Positions 18,058 through 26,364 of a stretch of DNA of 64,000 nt are shown piece after piece. Positions within the stretch are counted from its first letter, which is position 1, and each line of letters starts with the position of its first letter. The notes beneath the pieces are model-generated. The model did no database searches. It was not told the origin of the DNA and saw nothing but the letters and a program-made list of their open reading frames with translations. Made by a program: the position numbers and the translations under genes. The stretch comes from Spirochaetia bacterium (GTDB taxonomy: Bacteria > Spirochaetota > Spirochaetia > SZUA-6 > Bin103): positions 1,408,001 to 1,472,000 of the forward strand of contig CBDATQ010000001.1 in NCBI GenBank assembly GCA_965199955.1, in the 5' to 3' direction.

Positions 18058-18881
18058 CGACGCGGGTTCTGCTCCAGCCAGTCGCGCAGCGGAACGTCCT
18101 GCGGCTTGGGCGAGGTGTAGCCGTGCCCGCCCGAGGGACTGGCGCCCAGAAGCTGCCGCCGGATCGGATCGCAGCGCTCCATCACGTGGGCGACGGTCAT
18201 GTCGTCGCGCGGGCGCAGCCAGCGGTAGCTGTAGCCGTAGAAGAGCGCCTTGCGCGGGACGTCGGCATGGTTCGGGCTGCCGGTGTGCCAGACGCGGCGG
18301 TCGAACAGCACGATGCCGCCGCGCGGCACCAGCACCTCGGTCGCCCCCGGCGGATCGACGTCGCGCCGCTCGCGGTCGATCGCCGACTCGTCCAGGTGGC
18401 TGCCGGGCACGGCGGCGAAATTGCCGCGGCCGGGCTCGCTGCAGTCGGTGAGGAAGAGGCCCACCTTCAGCGAGACGCGCGGTTGTGGGGTCGTCTCCAG
18501 CTCGTGGTTGAGCCGATCGCTGTCCTGGTGCCAGTGCCGCTTGCCGGGGTCCGCACCCTGGCCGGCGCCGGGGGTGACGATCATGTGCGAGTGATAGATC
18601 TGGATGTTCCAGCCCAGCAGGTCGAGCACCTTGGGGAAGGTCGCCGGCCAGTCGATCATCGCAAGCAGCCGGTCGTCGCGCCCCAGGAAGTCGAACACGT
18701 TGAGCCGGTCAAGCTCGCTGGCGCTGAGCGCGACCCGCTCGGCGGCGATGACGGCGTCGAACGCCTCCTCCAGGCCGTCTGTCACCGCCTCCGGTAGCCG
18801 GTCCGGGAGTACGAGGAAGCCGTCGCCTACGAACTTCTCTTCCTCCGCGTCAGTCAGGCGGTGCCGGTTCCATGCGTCCAT
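18054..18881 (-). CDS. Phytanoyl-CoA dioxygenase (PhyH) family Fe(II)/2OG dioxygenase
   Basis: WHQD, VPGSH, FDRRVWH, R of the 2OG site. Confidence 0.9.
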   Translation of the reverse strand: MDAWNRHRLTDAEEEKFVGDGFLVLPDRLPEAVTDGLEEAFDAVIAAERVALSASELDRLNVFDFLGRDDRLLAMIDWPATFPKVLDLLGWNIQIYHSHMIVTPGAGQGADPGKRHWHQDSDRLNHELETTPQPRVSLKVGLFLTDCSEPGRGNFAAVPGSHLDESAIDRERRDVDPPGATEVLVPRGGIVLFDRRVWHTGSPNHADVPRKALFYGYSYRWLRPRDDMTVAHVMERCDPIRRQLLGASPSGGHGYTSPKPQDVPLRDWLEQNPRR

Positions 18882-18996
18882 GACCGGATCGTTCAGCGAT
18901 CGGTCTCAAAGCCGTCCGACAGTTCCAAGGTCATACGGTGCATGTGGATAACGCCTCCCGGCGAGGCCAGCCGGACCCTGCCTTTTGCCCGCCAAA

Positions 18997-19955
18997 CTAT
19001 CGGATGCATGGCGGATCGTCAACGTCGCTGTGCCGCCCGTCGAGGTGACGGTAGCCCGCCTGCACGTCGTCTACATAGACGCTCAGCTCACGCGCCCGGT
19101 CGCGCAACGATGGCAGCGGGACGGGGACGCCGGTGGCCTTCATCGGGAAACGTCGACTGCTATCTGCTGCAGGGCCGATACCGCCGACTTCATCCGCAGA
19201 TCGATACTCTCGCGGCGTTCCTCCAATGATCGCATCGATCTCAGATGCGCCTCGTACTGATCGATGGCTTCTTGGTGTTCCCGCTGCAGGTCCACCGAGA
19301 CGTCATCGCGTAACTTGAGTCGCAGCGCGCGAAGCTCAGCCTCGATCTTCCAGGAGTCCATCGTTCCGTCTCCGGCGCGGTCCAACTCGGCGCGTAGCGT
19401 AGCGAGTCGGTGCAGGTGATGGAGATAGTCATCGATCTCCGGTTCCAACTCACTGCGCAAGCCTGTGCCGAGCGCGCCCTGGTCCTGTAGTTCGTCGAGG
19501 ATCCGGTCGCACAGCTCGATCACGGAGTCGGGCGCCGCGGCGTCCGTGTCCATCGAGGCAGGCCGCGCGGCGCCGAACTCGACGCCGGCTTCTCGCAGAA
19601 GGCGGCGCATCTTCCGCTGTCGCGTCGAGGTGAGGGCGTAGTGCGAGGCCAGCGCGACGCCCGCAGCGCCGATCGCGGGAAGCAACCATGGACCGGTGGC
19701 GGCGAATTCCTGAGCGTGCGGCGATCAGTGAACGCACCGCGCGCAGCGCCGCCTCATCGAGGGGCGGCAACGCTGGAACGCACGGGTAAGCCGAACGCGC
19801 GGCGCAGACGAGCGCTCTGACTCTGAGCGGATGCGGGTTCCTTGTGTCCTCATCGGAACGCCGCGGTCCCTTCGGTCGGACGGCCGCCGGGTCAGGCTGA
19901 CGTTACCGCCCCGGTCCGTACTACCACCCAGCCACAGCGCGGCCATTGCTACGCC
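18997..19955 (-). pseudogene. Decayed 2TM-domain / coiled-coil membrane protein
   Basis: Segments in shifting frames: ...LRAVRSLIAARSGIRRH / GPWLLPAIGAAGVALASHY...coiled coil...ALQQIAVDVSR / MKATG...LRDRARELSVYVDDVQAGYRHLD...*. One-nt loss near 19142. The 5' boundary is uncertain. Confidence 0.55.
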
Positions 19956-20047
19956 TGTCCTCTCATCGCGTCACACGGAGACACGCCCGTCCGATAGTCC
20001 GGCACGTGCCTCTCCGATCGCCGCCGTTCTCCTGTATGATCTGCGCC

Positions 20048-21832
20048 ATGTCGACTGCCACCCGTTCGCTTCTGACGATCGACACGCCGATGGCGCCACC
20101 CGCATGGGCGGTGATGCAGCGCGAGCTGCTGCGCGCCCAGACCGCGGCCATCGATGCGTTCCATGCGAAGTACTTCGACGAGCGCGGCTACCTGCGCTGC
20201 GTGCCCCGCTGGGGCGGGGACGACGGTGCCGACGACGCCGCGGAGAACTTCACGAGCTGGACCCTGCTGTACGCGCTCGGCGCCGACCAGTCGGTGCTGG
20301 ACCGCTACCTCAACGCCTGGGAGGGCCACCTGCGGCAGTACACGGAGGCCAAGACGGTCGAGGTCGAGTTCGCCCGCGACGGCATGTACTTCAAGGAGTT
20401 CCCGGTCATGTTCGACTGGGGCCACAACGGCGAGGGGTTCAACGCCTTCTACCTGCAGGGCCTGTGCACGCCGGACGACCTGACGTTCCAGAGCCGGACG
20501 CGCCGCTACGCCGGCTTCTACATGGACGAGGATCCGATCGCCAAGAACTACGACCCCCGCCACCGGGTGATCCGCAGCATGTTCAACGGCAGCCGCGGCC
20601 CGCTGATGCGCAAGGCGACGGCGCTGGACTGGACCGGCGACCGGATCGAGATCGAGGGGCGCTTCAAGCCCGGCCACCGGGAGACCAGCTACGAGCAGAT
20701 GCTCGCCCATTTCGCCGAGTACAACGACGTGGTCGGCGACCATCCGCTCAACCTGCAGACCACCACCCTGGCGATCAACGCCTACATGATCGCCGGTGAA
20801 GCGAAGTACCGGGACTGGATCATCGAGTACGTCGGCGCCTGGAAGGAGCGCACGGAGGCAAACGGCGGCATCATCCCCACGAACGTCGGCCTGGACGGCA
20901 CCCCGGGCGGGGCCGCCGACGGCCGCTGGTGGGGCAGCACCTACGGGTGGGGCTTCTCGATCGACGACTACCTCAACCCCGGCTCGGGCGGCCGCTTCCA
21001 CCGCCACCTGTTCATCGAGCGGGCGCCGCGCGGGTTCGGCAACGCGCTGATGGTGACCGGCGACCAGGGCTACGTCGACACGTGGCGCGGCGTGATCGAC
21101 GGCGTGAACGCCAACGCCAAGGTGATCGACGGCCAGACCATGTACCCGCAGAACTACGGCGAGGAGGAAGGCGAGCCGGGCTGGTACAACTACGCGCCCG
21201 AGCCGTACACGAACGGCGCCATGCCGGTCTGGTTCTGGTCGATGCGGGACGCCGACAAGAAGCTGATCGCCGGCGACGACTGGGTGCGCTACCTGGGCAG
21301 CGACAACCCCGGCTTTCCGGTGGAGTCGCTGCAGCGCGAGTTCGCGGAGTTGCGCACGCGCGTCGAGCGCATGCACCGGGACACCAGCTCGCCGGACACG
21401 CGCATGTCCGACGATCCGATGGGCGCCAATCCGGCGGTCGTGACCGCGTTGACGCAGCAGATGCTGGGCGGCCTGGAGACCTCGCACTACGGGTTCCCGG
21501 TGTACAGCCGGCTGCGCTACTTCGATCCCGAGCGCCGGCGGGCGGGCATCCCCCCGAACGTGGCGGCGCTGGTCGACTCGATGTCGGACACCGAGGTGGC
21601 GGTGACACTGGTCAACCTGGACCAGGCGGAGGCGCGCACCGTGGTCGTGCAGGCCGGCGCCTACGGCGAGCACCGCTTCGGCCAGGCGTCTGCCGGCTCG
21701 GCATGGGCGACCGTCGACCGCCCGCACGTGCGGGTGCGCCTGGAGCCCGGCTGCGGCGAACGGATCGTGTTCGAGCAGGCCCGCTACGCGGAACAGCCCA
21801 CCTTCATGTTTCCGTGGGACCGGGCGGAGTAG
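20048..21832 (+). CDS. Conserved hypothetical protein, probably an (alpha/alpha)-barrel enzyme
   Basis: Strong high-GC codon bias; RWGGDDGADDAAENF, FDWGHNGEG, NGGIIPTNVG, RLRYFDPERRRAG. TATGAT lies 7 nt upstream of the ATG. The fold is an inference. Confidence 0.75.
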   Translation: MSTATRSLLTIDTPMAPPAWAVMQRELLRAQTAAIDAFHAKYFDERGYLRCVPRWGGDDGADDAAENFTSWTLLYALGADQSVLDRYLNAWEGHLRQYTEAKTVEVEFARDGMYFKEFPVMFDWGHNGEGFNAFYLQGLCTPDDLTFQSRTRRYAGFYMDEDPIAKNYDPRHRVIRSMFNGSRGPLMRKATALDWTGDRIEIEGRFKPGHRETSYEQMLAHFAEYNDVVGDHPLNLQTTTLAINAYMIAGEAKYRDWIIEYVGAWKERTEANGGIIPTNVGLDGTPGGAADGRWWGSTYGWGFSIDDYLNPGSGGRFHRHLFIERAPRGFGNALMVTGDQGYVDTWRGVIDGVNANAKVIDGQTMYPQNYGEEEGEPGWYNYAPEPYTNGAMPVWFWSMRDADKKLIAGDDWVRYLGSDNPGFPVESLQREFAELRTRVERMHRDTSSPDTRMSDDPMGANPAVVTALTQQMLGGLETSHYGFPVYSRLRYFDPERRRAGIPPNVAALVDSMSDTEVAVTLVNLDQAEARTVVVQAGAYGEHRFGQASAGSAWATVDRPHVRVRLEPGCGERIVFEQARYAEQPTFMFPWDRAE

Positions 21833-21891
21833 CGTCCCAAGGGTGTGCGGCGCCTCGGGCGGCGCCCGCGTTCAGTCGGTCGGGCCGCGGA

Positions 21892-22179
21892 TTAGCGGAG
21901 TTCGAGTTCCAGACGCATCCCCACGGCAGCCGCCGCGCGCTTGAGTGTATGCAGGGTAACTCCCTCGTTCTCCGGGTCGAGCAGTCGGTCGAGTTGCGAG
22001 CGGCTGGTTTCCATTCGTTCGGCCATGCGCGCTTTGGAAAGCTTCTGATCCTTCATCGCTTGCTCCAGCTTGTAAGCGAGGACCGACTTGACGGCGTCGT
22101 TCTTGGCATCTTCGTAGGTGCCGTCTTCCCGCAGCAAGCTTTCAAGTGTCGATCCCAAGTGCGGGTTCTCATCAGGCAT
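21892..22179 (-). CDS. HigA-like XRE helix-turn-helix antitoxin
   Basis: NPHLGSTLESLL...LSKARMAERMETSRSQLDRLLDP...TLHTLKRAA; overlaps the toxin stop. Confidence 0.88.
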   Translation of the reverse strand: MPDENPHLGSTLESLLREDGTYEDAKNDAVKSVLAYKLEQAMKDQKLSKARMAERMETSRSQLDRLLDPENEGVTLHTLKRAAAAVGMRLELELR

Positions 22180-22537
22180 ATCGATGGTACTCCTTCATCC
22201 GACGCTCGGCGAGTTTCAGTTCCTTCAGCGGTGTCGCCTGGCTCTTCTTCATGAAGCCGTGCAACAGCACCATATTCTGGTCCGATACGACGAAGAACAC
22301 GCGGGCGATCCGCCGGCCTTCAAGACGGCTGCGCACTTCGTAGAGACCCGGATAGGCGGACAGCGAGCGGCAGAGCGGAGCACCGCACGGCCAACCGAAT
22401 TCGACTTTCGTCAGATCCCCGCCGATGCGCCTTCTATCCTCCAACGACTGGTCCATGAGCCACTCACGAACCGGCTCTCGACCACCACCGGGTGACCGAA
22501 AGAACCGAGCCACGATCGCTTTCCCTTGTGGCTTCAC
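22172..22537 (-). CDS. HigB/RelE-like toxin (Gp49/DUF891 type)
   Basis: GREPVREWL, VEFGWPCG, GLYEVRS, MVLLHGFMKKSQATP; GTG start at 22537. Confidence 0.88.
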   Translation of the reverse strand: MKPQGKAIVARFFRSPGGGREPVREWLMDQSLEDRRRIGGDLTKVEFGWPCGAPLCRSLSAYPGLYEVRSRLEGRRIARVFFVVSDQNMVLLHGFMKKSQATPLKELKLAERRMKEYHRYA

Positions 22538-22546
22538 TTCGGGAAG

Positions 22547-22562
22547 GTACCATATTTGGTAC
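22547..22562. promoter_or_regulatory. Palindromic operator of the toxin-antitoxin operon
   Basis: GTACCA-TATT-TGGTAC, about 10 nt upstream of the toxin start, overlapping a TGg-TACCTT -10-like box. Confidence 0.7.
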
Positions 22563-22829
22563 TGTGCTTCCACTCCACGTCGATGAACGAGTCCCACTGG
22601 CCGCTGCGAGGAGTCGACAGCCTGGGCCGCTCACCAGCCGCGATGTGGGGGGAGTGAAAGTATGCTTTATTTCAGTCAACGGCTACTCAGGGAGCCGTTG
22701 CTGTCATCGAGAGCGGGCATCGGCACGGCCGGTTGTCGGGGCCGTCGAAGTGCGCTACCGTGAGCGGACCAAGGGGCCGTCTCCTGTGGACGCGCCGATT
22801 CCACTACCGCACTCAGAAGGAGATTTGCG

Positions 22830-24440
22830 ATGAGAAGAACCGTGGTACTCGCAGTCACGGTGGCCATGCTGTGCGCCGCCGCATCCGTGTCCGCCGACGA
22901 CTGGATGATGGACACGTCGCCCGTGACGCTGAAGGTCTACTCGGACCGCGGCTGGTTCCAGCCATGGGAGGGCCGGGGAGCCGAGTTCGTCACCGAGAAG
23001 ACCGGGGTCGACCTGGAAATCCGCAAGCCGCCCGAGGACGACTCGACGGGCCAGGACATCAACCTGATGATCGCCAGCAACGACTGGCCGGACCTGATGG
23101 TCGTCGACTGGAACAACCCGGGCGTGCCGCAGTTGATGGACGCCGGACTGGTCCATGACGTCAACGAGCTGATCGATGCGCATGCGCCGAGCTTCCGCGC
23201 CTACCTGGACGACGCCATCGGCCCGGAGCTGTTGGGCGGCACCTACGCTCACACCGACGGCAAGACCTATCGGCTGGCCTTCGGTGGCAACCTGGGGGCG
23301 AAGGACTCCGCGATGGCGGCCGAGGTCGGGTTCGCGATTCCGTGCTGGCTGCCGCGCTTCGGCGTGCGCCAGGACTACTTCGATGAGATCGGCGCGCCGG
23401 AGATCCGCAACGCCGACCAGTTCTATGAAGCCGTGAAGGCCATGGCGGCGAACCATCCGGACAAGATCCCCGTCCTGGGCGACAAGAACACCAAGCACGC
23501 GTGGTTCACCTACCACTTCGGCACCAACCACACGTGGGGCAACTACTACGCCGACCCCGACGCCAAGGAGATCAAGTACTACACCAGCCACCCGGCGTTC
23601 CCGGAGGCGATCAAGTTCATGAACAAGCTGGCGCGTGAGGGCCTGTATCCGGAGGAGGCGCTCATCTGGACGTCCGAGGTCCACGAGGAATGGGTGGCCG
23701 GCAACGTCATCGTGATCATGACCAACGACTGTCCCCCCGGGCAGGCCATGCCCATAGGCGAGACCGGAACCACGCGCTACGTGCTGCCCCCGTGGGACAC
23801 CTATGCCTACAGCCTGTGGCGCACGCCGTGGATGGCCGACCTGTTCCCGACCGCGTCGGACAAGTCAGATCGCGCGATCCGCTTCGTCCAGTACTACGCC
23901 AGCCCCGAGGGGTTCGCCGACACCTCCGCCGGTGTCGAGGGCGACGAGTGGACCGGTGATCCCGTGAACGGCCCCCACTTCTCTTACAATGCCGACAACT
24001 ACGTCACTCCGCTCTTCCCGGACGGGCTGCCGACTTGGTTCCCGGAGTTCCTGGAAATGGTCAATGCCGACTGGACCAACCTGATCACGGCCGGGATCCA
24101 TCTGCCGCCGATCATCACCCTGGACGGCATCAAGCTGGGTGCACCTCGCTGGCAGAATGGACCGAGTGCGAACGACGTCGCCTTTGTCGAGATGATGACG
24201 CCGTACTTCACGGCCGGTCCCGAGCTGTACGTCCCGATCCGCGGTGACAGCGACATCGGCATCATCCGCGAGCGGGTGGACAAGCTGTTCGAGGACTACT
24301 TCGCCCGCATGGTCTTCGCCGACAGCGAGGAAGAGGCCGTCAGCCTGATCGCCGAGTTCCAGGACAAGGCCGGGCAGGCGGGACTCGCCCAGTTCGAGGC
24401 CGAGGCGACGAGCATCTACCGCTCCAACCTCGGTATGTAA
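22830..24440 (+). CDS. Extracellular solute-binding protein, family 1
   Basis: Signal peptide; EKTGVDLE, INLMIASNDWPDL, FMNKLAREGL; AAGGAG RBS. Confidence 0.88.
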   Translation: MRRTVVLAVTVAMLCAAASVSADDWMMDTSPVTLKVYSDRGWFQPWEGRGAEFVTEKTGVDLEIRKPPEDDSTGQDINLMIASNDWPDLMVVDWNNPGVPQLMDAGLVHDVNELIDAHAPSFRAYLDDAIGPELLGGTYAHTDGKTYRLAFGGNLGAKDSAMAAEVGFAIPCWLPRFGVRQDYFDEIGAPEIRNADQFYEAVKAMAANHPDKIPVLGDKNTKHAWFTYHFGTNHTWGNYYADPDAKEIKYYTSHPAFPEAIKFMNKLAREGLYPEEALIWTSEVHEEWVAGNVIVIMTNDCPPGQAMPIGETGTTRYVLPPWDTYAYSLWRTPWMADLFPTASDKSDRAIRFVQYYASPEGFADTSAGVEGDEWTGDPVNGPHFSYNADNYVTPLFPDGLPTWFPEFLEMVNADWTNLITAGIHLPPIITLDGIKLGAPRWQNGPSANDVAFVEMMTPYFTAGPELYVPIRGDSDIGIIRERVDKLFEDYFARMVFADSEEEAVSLIAEFQDKAGQAGLAQFEAEATSIYRSNLGM

Positions 24441-24502
24441 TCCGTCGCGCCTCCCCTGGGGGCGTGACCATTCGTTACGACGAGCGACGCTCGGTTCGTC
24501 GC

Positions 24503-24537
24503 AAGGGCACGCCGGTACAAGCAGCCGGCGTGCCCTT
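24503..24537 (+). terminator. 13-bp stem-loop after the SBP gene
   Basis: AAGGGCACGCCGG-N9-CCGGCGTGCCCTT, preceded by two weaker hairpins. Confidence 0.65.
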
Positions 24538-24579
24538 CTGATTAAGTGGGCGTTCGGTCTCCCAACCGGGATGAGAGGA

Positions 24580-26364
24580 ATGCGAGCAGACGAGCTGACC
24601 ATCCCCGTGACCGCGCCCGCCCCGCTTCGCGAGAAACGGGCGTCGGTCCGGGACTACGGCGCCGATCCGGCCGCCGACGACAACTACGGCGCCTTCCAGC
24701 AGGCGCTCGACGACAGCCGCGACCGCGGCATCTCCACGCTGAGCGTTCCGCCGGGAATCTACCGCTTCGCGACGGCGCGCCCCCTCTGCCTGCGCGGTCT
24801 GGAGGACTTCACGCTCGACGGGAGCGGCGCCGAGCTGATCTTCAGCAGGGACGAGGACTTCATCCACCTCTCCGACTGCCGGCGCGTCGTGCTGCGCGAC
24901 CTGGTGGTCGACTGGGACTGGGGCACGGCGCCGCTGGCCAGCATCGCGCAGGTGCGCGCAGCCGCCCCGGCCCGCGACTGGGTCGAGCTCGAGTTCACCG
25001 AGCACGACCATGTCGACGCCGGCATGACCTTCGCCACCATGAACGCGCTCGACCCGCAGCGGCTCACGCCGGGGTGCGAGGGCGGCCGGGAGTACGGGCG
25101 CGGATTCTCCAGTGTGCGCAAGGCGGGCGCCAACGTGCTGCGCTGCCACCTCGATCCGGCCGGGCTGTCCGAGCTGTTGTTCAACCCGGGTTCGGTGTAC
25201 CTAGTCCGGCACTTCCTGCACGACTCACCGGCGTTCACGATCAGCGATTGCCAGCACCTGTCGCTGCATCGGATCACCGTCCACTCGGCGGCCGGCGCCG
25301 GCTTCATCGTCCGCGGGGACACCGGCAACTGGGAGGCGGTGGCCTGCAGGATCGCCCTGCGGCCGGGCGCAACCCGTCGCATCACCACCACCTCGGACGG
25401 CCTGCACCTGGCCCAGAGCCGCGGGTTCTTCAGGCTCGAAGGCTGCGACTTCAGCTTCCACGGCGACGACTGTCTGAACATCCACGACAACATCTCCATG
25501 GGCGTGCGCGACGTGCGGCGCCACACCCTGATCGCGCGCCACGTCCGCGAGGACGAACGGCCGCTGCACGTGGGCGATCCGGTCGAGTTCCGGCGTCCGG
25601 ACCTGTCGCCTGCCGGGTTCACGAGCCACGTCACGGACCTCCGCTACCTGCCGGACGACGAGTGCGAGCTGGTTTTCGCCGACGTGCTGCCGGCTGACCT
25701 CGACGCGCAGACCATCCTGTTCAACCGCCGCTATGACAGCTCCCACTACCTGGTCCGCGGCAACCACTTCCACGAGAACCGCGCGCGCGGCGTCCTCCTG
25801 CAGGCGTGCCACGGACTGGTGGAAAGCAACCGGTTCTACCGCAACCAGGGCGCCGCGGTGCAGATCGAGACCGGGGCCAGCTTCGGGACGTGGTCGGAAG
25901 GGATGGGGGTCGAGGATCTGATCGTCCGCGACAACACCTTCCACACCTGCGACGTCAACGACTGGGGCAAGGCCGTGGTGTACATCAGCGCGTTCCTGCC
26001 CGCGGGGGTGCCGGTCACGCCGCAGGGATCGCCCAACCCCACCAGCACGATCGGCGACTCGGGGTCCTTCTATCGCACCGCCTACCCGATCTTCCGGGAC
26101 CTGCTCTTCGAGAACAACCGCTTCGTGGACTACCCGCGCAGGGCCATGATCGTCAGCTCGGCGCGGGACGTGACGGTGCGCGACAACACGTTCAGCAATC
26201 CCACCTCGCGCGCGCAGAACAACCCCGAACGGGGCTCCATCTGGGTGGAGCTGTCCAGCCGGGTGACCGTGCAGGGCAACGACTGGCAGCCGTCGCCGTA
26301 TCAGGCGGAGCGCACGGTGGAGCGGGACTCCGCAACCGCGAGCGACGTCACGATGATCGATTGA
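24580..26364 (+). CDS. Right-handed parallel beta-helix protein, GH110 (alpha-galactosidase)-like
   Basis: SVRDYGA...PPGIYRF start, TTSDGLH, FHGDDCLNIH, NRARGVLL, WSEG; Asn-ladder repeats. Confidence 0.7.
   Translation: MRADELTIPVTAPAPLREKRASVRDYGADPAADDNYGAFQQALDDSRDRGISTLSVPPGIYRFATARPLCLRGLEDFTLDGSGAELIFSRDEDFIHLSDCRRVVLRDLVVDWDWGTAPLASIAQVRAAAPARDWVELEFTEHDHVDAGMTFATMNALDPQRLTPGCEGGREYGRGFSSVRKAGANVLRCHLDPAGLSELLFNPGSVYLVRHFLHDSPAFTISDCQHLSLHRITVHSAAGAGFIVRGDTGNWEAVACRIALRPGATRRITTTSDGLHLAQSRGFFRLEGCDFSFHGDDCLNIHDNISMGVRDVRRHTLIARHVREDERPLHVGDPVEFRRPDLSPAGFTSHVTDLRYLPDDECELVFADVLPADLDAQTILFNRRYDSSHYLVRGNHFHENRARGVLLQACHGLVESNRFYRNQGAAVQIETGASFGTWSEGMGVEDLIVRDNTFHTCDVNDWGKAVVYISAFLPAGVPVTPQGSPNPTSTIGDSGSFYRTAYPIFRDLLFENNRFVDYPRRAMIVSSARDVTVRDNTFSNPTSRAQNNPERGSIWVELSSRVTVQGNDWQPSPYQAERTVERDSATASDVTMID

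Noticed and set aside
22703..22835. Canonical SAM-I riboswitch
   Set aside because: Lacks the GAGGGA pseudoknot loop and GCAACC/GGTGC core, and precedes a sugar-type SBP; kept only as a low-confidence leader finding.
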